From NCBI GenBank assembly GCA_002309655.1, contig DBXM01000016.1, forward strand, positions 72,771 through 136,770: a stretch of 64,000 nucleotides of DNA, written 5' to 3'. The notes beneath the pieces were generated by a model. It had not been told where the DNA came from. It saw only the letters and a program-made list of their open reading frames with translations, and did not search any database. This document shows positions 46,837 through 55,270 of this stretch, in pieces (position 1 is the stretch's first letter; each line of letters begins with the position of its first letter). The stretch comes from Mageeibacillus sp. UBA1212. GTDB lineage: Bacteria > Bacillota > Clostridia > UBA1212. The position numbers and the translations under genes are program-made.

Positions 46837-49530
46837 TTATGAAGAATGTTCCGCGCTGATAACTTCTCTGTGAAGTTCAGCGCCCGTGTATTTGTCCCTG
46901 TAGACAACCGTAATTGTGTGAAAATATCCGTATGTGACGTCCGTCTCGATATCGGAGTCCCCCGCGATTCCCGAAAGCGGAGCGCCGTAGACGCCGCCCA
47001 CCTGCAAATCTTCTTTAGTATAGTAGTAGCCGATGCCCTCCGACGTGATCTTCGAGAATTCCACCAGAATGTCCGAACAGTCGTACCCCTCTCCCGGAGT
47101 GAGAATGAACGTCAGCGAATCTTTAATCCGCTTTTTCTCACCTTGAGCGTACAGATATTTATCGTAAAAGTTGACCGTAAGCCTCGGGTATCTGATATTC
47201 CTGAACAATACCGTCCTGCTGCTTCCCGGCGCAAGGGTCACAGTTGCCGACAAAGAAACAGTCGTTTCACCGTCCAGAGTGACCTCTGTTTTATCAAACC
47301 TTTGGCAGTTTCCCGTTATCTCGCGCACCGTCCATTCGCCAGCGGGAAGCCCTTCGACCGCAATCGTGTTCAGCGTCTCGCCGCCATTGGAACTCACGTT
47401 CAGTCTGACCTCGATTTTGCCTTCAACTAGGGAATAATTATTCCTGTTAAGAGTTACGTCGCCCTCCGCGGTACCCGCAACCTGCAAGCCGTCCTGAACG
47501 ATTGTTCCCTCGCAGGATATGAAGATCCTTACCGGTGAACCGTTCACGCCGCCGGCGATCTCGAAATACGTATCCGAAAAGTCGTTTCCCGTCGCGATTT
47601 TGCCGACTTCCAGAACGGTATTCACGGTTTTTAAGTTGTCGAATCTCGCAGTCGCGGGCGCACCAGGATTTCGCGTAACCGCCACAGTAAGACTGTCGGA
47701 AGGCGCCGAATAATCCTCTCCCGCGTATGTCGCATTGAACCTTGTAAGATCACCGGCGAGAATTTCCCTGACCTGCCAGTTTCCCTCGGGAAGACCCGAT
47801 ATTTTAATCCGCCTCAGAGCTCTTTGATCGCTGCCCGTTATATTGTCCGTTGCGACAGTCACGAAATCCGGCCTTACCGTATTGAACCCGATCTCGATTC
47901 TTTTAAGACCTGCGGGACCCAGTGCGTAATAGACCGCGTCTTCAACGAATCCGCCGCTTGCGTCAACGGTGAATTTTATGTTTCCGTTAAGGCTGTCAGC
48001 GCCGCTCACCTCAAAGAACGTGACCGAATAGTCTCCGCCCTCGGCATACTTCAATATGTCGAGTTCACCCGTAAAAACGGTGTTTACGACCGTTATTTCT
48101 CTGCCCGTATCCGCGACGGTAAAAGCGTACCGCCCTGCGGCATCAGGTTGAAGAACGGTATTACCCACTTTTACAGTGCCTGTTCTGTATCCGAGCCCTG
48201 AATTCTCCTCCGTCAGATAATAAGTGCCCGGTCTCAGCCTCAGATTCGCCTTTCCGTCTGCGCCGGTTACCAAAGTGTACGTTTCGCCCCCGGAAGCAGA
48301 CTCGATTACGAAAACAAAGCCTGCCTTCGACGCGTTTCCCGAAGAAGCACCGTCAACCGTTACGGATTTAGACACGCTGACAAGCGGCGCCTCCGACACC
48401 TGGTACCGGAGACCCACGCCTCCCGCTTTGAGCTGGTCTGTAACGTATCTCGCTGCGGTCGCTCCGTACGACTCAATTCGCGGCATGCTGTCGAGGTTCT
48501 CGATACCCATCCACCCTTTGGAAGTATATACGGACGAAGGCAGATTCTGGAAAAGCGCCGCGATTCCCATCGAGAGAAACTCGCCGCTGACTTTCGCCTT
48601 GAGGTCAGCCTCTTCGCTCCTGAACAAAACATTGACGTTGTCAGCGTTGCTCGTGAAATTATACCTGCCCGTGATCATCGCTGCCGATATTTCAGTCGCC
48701 GTAAGCGCCATCGCGTAGCCGCTCCTCAGCTGAACCGTCACCACAGGCTCGTACTCGAACACCCAAGGCACGCACGAAGTGTGGAGCATGTCGTCTCCCC
48801 TAATCGCGCTCACCATGCCGAGGCCCCACTCCGCGCCTGTTTTCGTCGCGCCGTTCAGCGTAAACGTCAGGTTCGAAAGTATGCCCTCGACCGTTCCGTC
48901 ACATGCCTCCGCCGCCAGCTCAATCAGTTTGTTCGACGTCTCCGCACCTGTAAAGAACGCATACGCGCCTGAAGCGTTCCCGCCGAAATTCGGGATGTCA
49001 GGCACCTCGTTATCTCCCGTGAAGCCGTAGTTCTGGCCGTTAAAGCAGATCGACGAAAGCTCCGCGTAAGTTCCTTGTTTAAAGAATTCGGACGCCTGCA
49101 TGCTGCCGTTCCTGTACTCTTCGAAATGGTCTCTGTACCACTGTTTGTCTCTTACGGTCAGGAAGAAGTTCGACGCCTGATAATTCGCGGCCGCAAGGCC
49201 CGCGCCGTGGTTTGCGTCCTTATATAGATAGAACGAGTTTCCGAACTTGTAGTAGTCTCTCGACAGCTTCTGCGTCCCGAGCTGCGCGTCAAAGTCCTGC
49301 TCCGCAGACGAGTGCGACAGCGAATCCGATTTTCCCACGTACACCGACACCTTCCACATACAGTATACGTTCATGTAGCTTCCGTTCCCCGTAGCGCCTC
49401 CGATTACCGCCCCCTCGTCGCTTATAAGGTCGTTTTCGTCTGTAATGGCTCTGGTTCTCCCCGCGGGAATCGAGAAGAACGCCGCGACAACAAGAATCGC
49501 AACCGTGGCAATTATGAATAAATTCCTGTT
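46837..49530 (-). CDS. Large secreted surface protein (about 898 aa) with Cna-B/prealbumin-like Ig-fold domains and C-terminal MucBP-like repeats; putative adhesin
   Basis: A TTG start at 49530 lies 6 nt after the AGGGGTGAG ribosome-binding site. It gives the signal peptide (M)NRNLFIIATVAILVVAAFFSIPAGRTRA. The track's upstream ATG at 49629 lacks a ribosome-binding site. Repeated beta-sandwich segments are present (GTYYLTEENSGLGYRTGTVKV). The last 150 aa repeat the same YDKYxxA / YRDKYTGAE motif seen in the downstream gene. Confidence 0.5.
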   Translation of the reverse strand, partial: NRNLFIIATVAILVVAAFFSIPAGRTRAITDENDLISDEGAVIGGATGNGSYMNVYCMWKVSVYVGKSDSLSHSSAEQDFDAQLGTQKLSRDYYKFGNSFYLYKDANHGAGLAAANYQASNFFLTVRDKQWYRDHFEEYRNGSMQASEFFKQGTYAELSSICFNGQNYGFTGDNEVPDIPNFGGNASGAYAFFTGAETSNKLIELAAEACDGTVEGILSNLTFTLNGATKTGAEWGLGMVSAIRGDDMLHTSCVPWVFEYEPVVTVQLRSGYAMALTATEISAAMITGRYNFTSNADNVNVLFRSEEADLKAKVSGEFLSMGIAALFQNLPSSVYTSKGWMGIENLDSMPRIESYGATAARYVTDQLKAGGVGLRYQVSEAPLVSVSKSVTVDGASSGNASKAGFVFVIESASGGETYTLVTGADGKANLRLRPGTYYLTEENSGLGYRTGTVKVGNTVLQPDAAGRYAFTVADTGREITVVNTVFTGELDILKYAEGGDYSVTFFEVSGADSLNGNIKFTVDASGGFVEDAVYYALGPAGLKRIEIGFNTVRPDFVTVATDNITGSDQRALRRIKISGLPEGNWQVREILAGDLTRFNATYAGEDYSAPSDSLTVAVTRNPGAPATARFDNLKTVNTVLEVGKIATGNDFSDTYFEIAGGVNGSPVRIFISCEGTIVQDGLQVAGTAEGDVTLNRNNYSLVEGKIEVRLNVSSNGGETLNTIAVEGLPAGEWTVREITGNCQRFDKTEVTLDGETTVSLSATVTLAPGSSRTVLFRNIRYPRLTVNFYDKYLYAQGEKKRIKDSLTFILTPGEGYDCSDILVEFSKITSEGIGYYYTKEDLQVGGVYGAPLSGIAGDSDIETDVTYGYFHTITVVYRDKYTGAELHREVISAEHSS

Positions 49531-49641
49531 CAAATCAATCTCACCCCTGTAAGAAAATAAAAAAGAGCAGCGAAAATAACTTCTCTGCTCCTCTGCCCGC
49601 CGCGATGCGTATAAATCATGCGGCATCAATTAATTACCGTG

Positions 49642-50292
49642 TCAGGCCGTCTTCCTGAACCCGTCTTTTGAAAGCGACGGAAGATAGCTCTCCAGCTTTT
49701 CCGCTCTTGCCTCCTCGACGGCATTGAGAGCCTCTTCAAGGTCCTCCGGACAGCAGATTCTCGACGGTCTTGCGTTAAAATCAAGAATCTTCTCCGCGCC
49801 TTTTACGTAGCACGTTCCGAACAGGCACACGTACCCTCCGACGTCGCTGTCAATGACCGTCACGCAGTCCTCGACCCTGGCGTACTGTCTGATTACGGAA
49901 TTGCCGCCGACCGACGCCTCGTCTCTCAGCTGCGCAAAATCCCTGATCTCGCACATTCCGAAAGCCCTCGAATTGTCGCGCATGGTCACCGTAGGAACGC
50001 TTATCCGCTCGATTCCGCGCACCCACGCGTTCTCCGAGACATAGGCCCGGCCGAAGACCGCAGCCCCTTTTCCGACCCAGCAGTTACCCTCCTGCGACAG
50101 ATTCCACTCTCCTTCAATCAATCCGCCGGTCTCGCCGCGTTTTACGATCAGCCCGGGATACTTGTCCCTGCCTATCGAATTGCCCTTAACCGGCCTCAAA
50201 ACAAAACTCTTCACCGCAACTATTCTGTAAAGCGTTCTGCCGAACAGTTGAACGGGTTCGTTTTCAATTATTCTGTATTTCATTTCCGACAT
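49642..50292 (-). CDS. Hexapeptide-repeat (left-handed beta-helix) protein of unknown function, paralog A
   Basis: It is 216 aa. The N-terminal 60 aa read MSEMKYRIIENEPVQLFGRTLYRIVAVKSF, followed by [IV]-x-G-x-A-x hexad repeats. It shares its architecture and N-terminal motif with the adjacent gene. Confidence 0.45.
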   Translation of the reverse strand: MSEMKYRIIENEPVQLFGRTLYRIVAVKSFVLRPVKGNSIGRDKYPGLIVKRGETGGLIEGEWNLSQEGNCWVGKGAAVFGRAYVSENAWVRGIERISVPTVTMRDNSRAFGMCEIRDFAQLRDEASVGGNSVIRQYARVEDCVTVIDSDVGGYVCLFGTCYVKGAEKILDFNARPSRICCPEDLEEALNAVEEARAEKLESYLPSLSKDGFRKTA

Positions 50293-50340
50293 TACCGTTA
50301 ATTCCTCCGTACCGGACGCGCATGTATACGCGCCCGCATT

Positions 50341-51063
50341 TTATACTGCGACGGGATTCGCGCTTCCGCACAGAACCCCTTTGTTTACCCGCTTGCAGCC
50401 GTCAAGAACGTACTCTCCCATTACGACCGCGTCGCCCGAAACGATGCAAAGATCTTTTACGACCGCGTTGTTCTTGACGAAAGCGCATCCTTTGACTGCC
50501 GCCGCACCGCCGACTCTCGCGTGATCCGAGACTCTCGCAAAACCGGTCACGACCGAGTTGCCTCCTATCTCCGCATACCCCTTGATTACCGCTCTGTTCA
50601 TTATCTTCGCGTTGCCGCTGATTCTGGCCCGCTGAAGTATTTTCGCGCTATGCTTAATCTGGGAGCATCCGCACACCAGGCTGTTGCCTCCAATCTCGAG
50701 AATGTCGCCGGTTTCCGCGTTTTTTCTTCCGTTTACCTTCACCGGAAAATCGAGAACGTCCGCCCTCGGGTTCCGTCCGCACGTGCCTTCCACGACCGCG
50801 TTGTCGCATACCGAAGCGCTTCCATGTACCAGCGCGTAGCCGAGCACCTTTGAGTTTCCGCTCACGACCGCGTTTTCCATAACGACCGCGTTGTTGTAAA
50901 TCCAGCAGTCGCCTTCATGAGAAAGATTCGTCTCGTTCTCCACATACCCGCCGAATTCGCCCTCGCAGACGTCGGAAAAACTCCTGAGCGCTCTTATTTT
51001 ATACACCCGTTTGCCGTAAACCTCGCCTTCTCCGTTTCCGGTCAGAATCTCGTATTTTTTCAC
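50341..51063 (-). CDS. Hexapeptide-repeat (left-handed beta-helix) protein of unknown function, paralog B (GTG start)
   Basis: It is 240 aa. The N-terminus reads (M)KKYEILTGNGEGEVYGKRVYKIRALRSF. It is followed by 12 or more consecutive hexads (ISGNAK IMNRAV IKGYAE IGGNSV VTGFAR VSDHAR VGGAAA VKGCAF ...). The GTG start follows a GGGGGTGGGAG ribosome-binding site. Confidence 0.45.
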   Translation of the reverse strand: MKKYEILTGNGEGEVYGKRVYKIRALRSFSDVCEGEFGGYVENETNLSHEGDCWIYNNAVVMENAVVSGNSKVLGYALVHGSASVCDNAVVEGTCGRNPRADVLDFPVKVNGRKNAETGDILEIGGNSLVCGCSQIKHSAKILQRARISGNAKIMNRAVIKGYAEIGGNSVVTGFARVSDHARVGGAAAVKGCAFVKNNAVVKDLCIVSGDAVVMGEYVLDGCKRVNKGVLCGSANPVAV

Positions 51064-51416
51064 ACTCCCACCCCCTTTAAATTGTCTTAAAATTTATAAA
51101 TAGTAATTCTGAAATGGTATTGCCCGCCGCGGGTCCGGTCTTTTGGAATGCGCGTTTTCAAGCTTCCCGCGCACCCCAACTTCCCTCCGGAAGCCGTCCG
51201 TTAAAGGACGGAATCTGAAATAACATCGCAGATCACAGCTTTTCCGCACACGTTCCCCAAGGTGTCCCGTATTCTCACTCTCCGCCGGAAGCATGCGCAA
51301 TGCGCGCCCCCGGTTTCCTAAAGGCTCCGGCTACCTGCGATATTACTCAGAAGGCAATACCCTGATGTTCTGTTTTCAAAGTCCGCAATCCGCCGCTCAA
51401 CTATTAATAAGAGCGG

Positions 51417-52163
51417 TCAGTTTCTCCCGATGTCCGACCTGCCGCTGGCGAATACCGCCGCATCCACAGACAGCGCTCCGAGTTCGTCGACAATCAGCTC
51501 CGCGCACTCCCTGAGAGTCGCGCCTGTCGTCAGAATGTCGTCAATTAAAAGAATCTTTCTCCCCGCGACTTTTTCACGGTTGCCGTCGCCGTTAACTCTG
51601 AACTTCCCTGAAGCGTTTGAGCTTCTCTGGACAAATCCGAGCCGGCTCTGCTTCTGCCTCCCGGAGTCCGCCTCAAGGAGCCTCAGCGTCTCGATTCCGC
51701 TCAGTTTTGAAATCTCCGCCGTCATTTCGTGGCATTGGTCAAAACCTCTCTTTCTGAAACGGTCCCTGCTGACGGGAACGTACGAGATATATGAATACTC
51801 CCGGAACCACGCGCCGAACGATTCATAGAGCAGCTTGCCGAAGCGTTTTCCCATCCATACTTCCCCTTTAAACTTGTAACGCGTAAAAGCCTCTTTAAGC
51901 GCCCCCGAATAACGTCCGTAGCAGTACAGTTTCCCGAACGGATAGATATCTCCCGGGTGTTCGTTCGGCATTGTATACCGGACGACGTCTTTGGCGCACT
52001 TCGGGCATATGACCGGCCCGCGTACGGAATTCCCGTCAACCGCTGAAGTTCTTTTCGAAGTCCCTTCCGTAGCGGTGCTTCCGCCGCAGATGACGCAAAT
52101 CTCGGGAAATAACAGCTCATCAAAAAAAGTTGTAATTCCGTAGAATACTTTTCTTTTATTCAT
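51417..52163 (-). CDS. comFC: ComF-family phosphoribosyltransferase-domain protein (ComFC-like)
   Basis: An N-terminal double C-x-x-C zinc finger (CVICGG...CPKCAK) and a C-terminal PRTase motif KILLIDDILTTGATL are present. The start at ATG 52163 is favoured over the track's GTG-initiated 30-aa extension. No comFA helicase gene is adjacent. Confidence 0.7.
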   Translation of the reverse strand: MNKRKVFYGITTFFDELLFPEICVICGGSTATEGTSKRTSAVDGNSVRGPVICPKCAKDVVRYTMPNEHPGDIYPFGKLYCYGRYSGALKEAFTRYKFKGEVWMGKRFGKLLYESFGAWFREYSYISYVPVSRDRFRKRGFDQCHEMTAEISKLSGIETLRLLEADSGRQKQSRLGFVQRSSNASGKFRVNGDGNREKVAGRKILLIDDILTTGATLRECAELIVDELGALSVDAAVFASGRSDIGRN

Positions 52164-52245
52164 TGTTCTTCGCGGCGGCGCGAACCCCTCTTCCCGGACA
52201 GATTCAGGCAAAACAGAAATATCCGGCTTTGTTCCGGCGGGAATG

Positions 52246-52593
52246 TCATTCACCGGAAGCCGCCTTGAGCTCTTCGGCTTTAACGAGCGTCAGTTCGGGA
52301 ACGCTTTCCGCACCCGGGGCGGCGGATTCATCGGACTTGGGCGCCTGCGGCCGGTAGCCGTCGGTCAGTTCGGAAGCGTTGATGTGCTTCATGTACTTGG
52401 CGAGCACAAGGAACTCGGGTCTCGTAAGAGTGATTCCCTTTCTCATGCTGGTGCGCTCGGGGCTCCACTCTCTGATGTCGAGCTTCGGACCTGAGTCGTT
52501 CCACTTGACAATGTTGACCTCGCGGGTCCAACCGTTGCCTCGGTCACTGAGTACGCAAATGTGTTTTACAATTTCATATTTTACTTCTGCCAT
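52246..52593 (-). CDS. YdbC-like / PC4-like ssDNA-binding family small protein
   Basis: The ATG at 52593 has a GGAGGT ribosome-binding site. It is 115 aa. The sequence MAEVKYEIVKHICVLSDRGNGWTREVNIVKWNDSGPKLDIREWSPE matches the bacterial YdbC (PC4-fold) family pattern. The C-terminus is acidic and low-complexity. Confidence 0.45.
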   Translation of the reverse strand: MAEVKYEIVKHICVLSDRGNGWTREVNIVKWNDSGPKLDIREWSPERTSMRKGITLTRPEFLVLAKYMKHINASELTDGYRPQAPKSDESAAPGAESVPELTLVKAEELKAASGE

Positions 52594-52626
52594 CGTTGTT
52601 ACCTCCTTTTTCGTTGGCGTACACGA

Positions 52627-52654
52627 ATTATACCTGTTCACAAACGGTTTTGCA
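52627..52654 (-). promoter_or_regulatory. Sigma-A-type promoter (TTGCAA-16-TATAAT) for the ydbC-like gene
   Basis: On the minus strand the -35 TTGCAA (plus coordinates 52649-52654) and the -10 TATAAT (52627-52632) sit about 30 nt upstream of the ribosome-binding site and ATG. Confidence 0.5.
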
Positions 52655-52949
52655 AACAGAAAAATATTTCCCGATTTGACGGGATTTTATGGAAAATATT
52701 TGTGAATTTCGTGAATTTTCGCAGTTCGCGAATGTTTGGGATTCCGCATTTTCCAACGTTTGAAAACCCGGAAAATACAAAGAAAACGGTTCCCGCGCCG
52801 TTAAAGCGGCACGAAAACCGTTGAATACCTGTGGTATCTTTTTAGGATTCTATTTCCCGGAAACCGGTGGATTTTCCACCATCGAAGCACCGTTGCGGCG
52901 TATTTTCCGGAACACGACTTTTTTGGAAAATATTTTTCTTCAAAAATTT

Positions 52950-54575
52950 TCAGTTGATTCCGCCGAAATTGTCGAGCATGAAGTCGTACGAATCGACGAG
53001 CGCGTCGAAGCTGGCTTTGATGATGTCGCCCGAAACGCCGACGGTACACCACTTGTTCGTGCCGTCCGAGGATTCTACGACGACGCGGACCACGGAGGCG
53101 GTGGCAAGGGTGGATTCGAGAACGCGTACCTTATAGTCGACAAGGTGCATGCGACCGATCACCGGGTAGAAGCTCGTTAGCGCTTTTCTTAAAGCCTTGT
53201 CGAGCGCGTCGACCGGACCGATTCCGTTTGCGGCGGTAATCTCTTCCCTGCCGTCGACCGTGACGTCGACGATCGCGCTTGCCGTGGGAATCTGCGGAGT
53301 TCCCGGTTCCTGCTCAATCTGCTTTGCGGCGTATTTTTCACCGGCGTCGTTGTCGAAAACGACCACCTTGTAAGTGTTCAAAATGAACCAGGAACGCCTG
53401 ATGCCGAGCAGCTCCTTGACGAGCATTTCAAAGGACGCGTCGGCACCTTCGAACCTGTACCCTTCAAGCTCAAGTTCCTTTATTTTATCAATAATAAGCG
53501 CGGCGCTGTCGGCGTCGCAGCCCAGTTTCGGGAGCAGCTCGCCGACCTTCGCGATGACCGCCGCCCTGCCGGACTGTTCGGAGAGCATGATTCTTCGAGA
53601 ATTTCCGACTGCCTCGGGGGGCACGTGCTCGTAGGAAGAGCTGTTCTTGCGTACCGCATCGATGTGGACGCCGGCCTTGTGGCTGAATGCGTTTCTGCCT
53701 ACGTATGGGGAAAAATCCCACATTTTGGTGTTGGAGATCTCGCAAGCCCGCTGCGCGAAAGAATACAATTTGCCAAGGTCGGGAATGCAGTCGCAGCCCA
53801 GCTTCAGAGTGAGGTTCGGAACCACCGTGAAGAGGTTTGCGTTGCCGCAGCGTTCACCCCAGCCGTTGACCGCGACCTGCGCCATGAATGCGCCGGCAAG
53901 AACCGCTTCGACAGTCGCGTAGTCGGCGGCGCCGGAGTCGTTGTGGGCGTGGATACCGAATTTTCCTTCGATTTCCGGCATTTCCCGCAGCGTTTCGTCG
54001 ATTATCTCGCGCTGGCGGTAAGGCAGAACGCCGCCGTTGGTGTCGCACAGAACCACGCACTCCGCGCCGGCACCCAAAGCGGTCCTCAGACAGTCGAGCG
54101 CGTATTCACGGTTCTCCGAAAAGCCGTCGAAATAGTGTTCCGCGTCGAAAAACACCTTTTTCCCGCACAAAACAAGCCGCGAGACGGTCTTTTCGATCAT
54201 CGAGAGATTCTCGCCCTCCGTGACGCCCAGAATCTCGCGCGCCTGGAACGACGACGCCTTCCCGAAAACGGTGACATACTCGGTTCCCGCCTCAAGAAGC
54301 GCCTTCAGCATCGGAGATTTGTCCGCATCCTCGTAGGGTTTCAGAGTTGACCCGAACGCGACCGGCTTTGCGTGGACCGGGCGGATGTTAGCGAGCTCTT
54401 TGTAGAACGCGTCGTCCTTGGGCGAGCCGCCGGCCAGACCGCATTCTATGAAGTCGACTCCGAGGTTGTCAAGCTCGTTGAAAAGCCTGATCCTGTCCGC
54501 GACGGTGAGCGATATTCCAACGCACTGGGAGCCCTCTCTCAGAGTGGTATCGTAAATTACAACGTGTCTTTTCAT
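52950..54575 (-). CDS. cimA: LeuA-family 2-alkylmalate synthase, long form with C-terminal regulatory (LeuA_dimer) domain; likely (R)-citramalate synthase
   Basis: It is 541 aa. The HMGL-like TIM-barrel motif YDTTLREGSQ is followed by a C-terminal LeuA allosteric domain. It co-occurs with a second, canonical leuA (60284..61789) and lies directly downstream of ilvBN. That fits the citramalate route to 2-oxobutanoate. Distinguishing cimA from a leuA isoform needs biochemistry or phylogeny. Confidence 0.55.
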   Translation of the reverse strand: MKRHVVIYDTTLREGSQCVGISLTVADRIRLFNELDNLGVDFIECGLAGGSPKDDAFYKELANIRPVHAKPVAFGSTLKPYEDADKSPMLKALLEAGTEYVTVFGKASSFQAREILGVTEGENLSMIEKTVSRLVLCGKKVFFDAEHYFDGFSENREYALDCLRTALGAGAECVVLCDTNGGVLPYRQREIIDETLREMPEIEGKFGIHAHNDSGAADYATVEAVLAGAFMAQVAVNGWGERCGNANLFTVVPNLTLKLGCDCIPDLGKLYSFAQRACEISNTKMWDFSPYVGRNAFSHKAGVHIDAVRKNSSSYEHVPPEAVGNSRRIMLSEQSGRAAVIAKVGELLPKLGCDADSAALIIDKIKELELEGYRFEGADASFEMLVKELLGIRRSWFILNTYKVVVFDNDAGEKYAAKQIEQEPGTPQIPTASAIVDVTVDGREEITAANGIGPVDALDKALRKALTSFYPVIGRMHLVDYKVRVLESTLATASVVRVVVESSDGTNKWCTVGVSGDIIKASFDALVDSYDFMLDNFGGIN

Positions 54576-54593
54576 GCAAAACCCCTGAACTTT

Positions 54594-55157
54594 TCAGCCC
54601 TTGTAGATCGAATCCGCGCCTCTACCGAGCGCGACGACGCCCGTTCTCGCCAGCTCGATAATACCGAACTTCGAGAGCATTTTGATGACGGCCTCGGCCT
54701 TGTCGTCCTGCCCGGTGATCTCGCAGATGACCGAGTCGGGCTGGAGGTCGATGATCCTGCCCCTGAAAATGTTGACGATCTCGATGATCTCGCTTCTGGT
54801 CGACGAGTCCGCGTTCACTTTGATGACGATGAGCTCGCGGGAAATGAGCGAGGTCTCCTCGAGAACGACCACGTTGCTGACGCAGGGAAGCTTTTTGAGC
54901 TGCGCGACAAGCTGCGCGACCTGGCTGTTCGTGGCGTGAATTTCGACGGTGATGCGCGAGAACTGCGGTTTTTCGGTGGTTCCGACGGCGAGGCTGTCGA
55001 TGTTGAAGCCCCTTCTGCTGAAAAGGTTCGTCACTTTGGCGAGAACGCCGGCCACGTTGTCGACGACGATTGAGACCGTTCTTTTGGACACGGTCTCCTC
55101 CGCAGCGGCGCGGTTTTCGGGTTGGATCTTTTCTGTTGAGACGTCTGTTTTTTTCAT
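54594..55157 (-). CDS. ilvN: Acetolactate synthase small (regulatory) subunit
   Basis: The ATG at 55157 has an AGGAG ribosome-binding site. It is 187 aa with an ACT domain (TVSIVVDNVAGVLAKVTNLFSRRGFNIDSLAVG) followed by the C-terminal IlvN fold. The track ORF (334 aa) is an unsupported 5' extension. Confidence 0.85.
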   Translation of the reverse strand: MKKTDVSTEKIQPENRAAAEETVSKRTVSIVVDNVAGVLAKVTNLFSRRGFNIDSLAVGTTEKPQFSRITVEIHATNSQVAQLVAQLKKLPCVSNVVVLEETSLISRELIVIKVNADSSTRSEIIEIVNIFRGRIIDLQPDSVICEITGQDDKAEAVIKMLSKFGIIELARTGVVALGRGADSIYKG

Positions 55158-55270
55158 TACTTTTCTCCTGTTTTTAGGGAATTTCTCCCGGGCTTTGCCG
55201 CTACTGTTTCGTGAATGCGACGCGCCGCGGAAGCCCGCTGAAATCAAGGGTGCAACAAGTATAAGAGCTT

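Noticed and set aside
52642-52949. Possible T-box or amino-acid attenuator associated with the ilv/leu/cimA genes
   Set aside because: The region lies downstream of the cimA-like gene and upstream of ydbC, not upstream of a biosynthetic gene. No specifier-loop or T-box consensus was recognisable.
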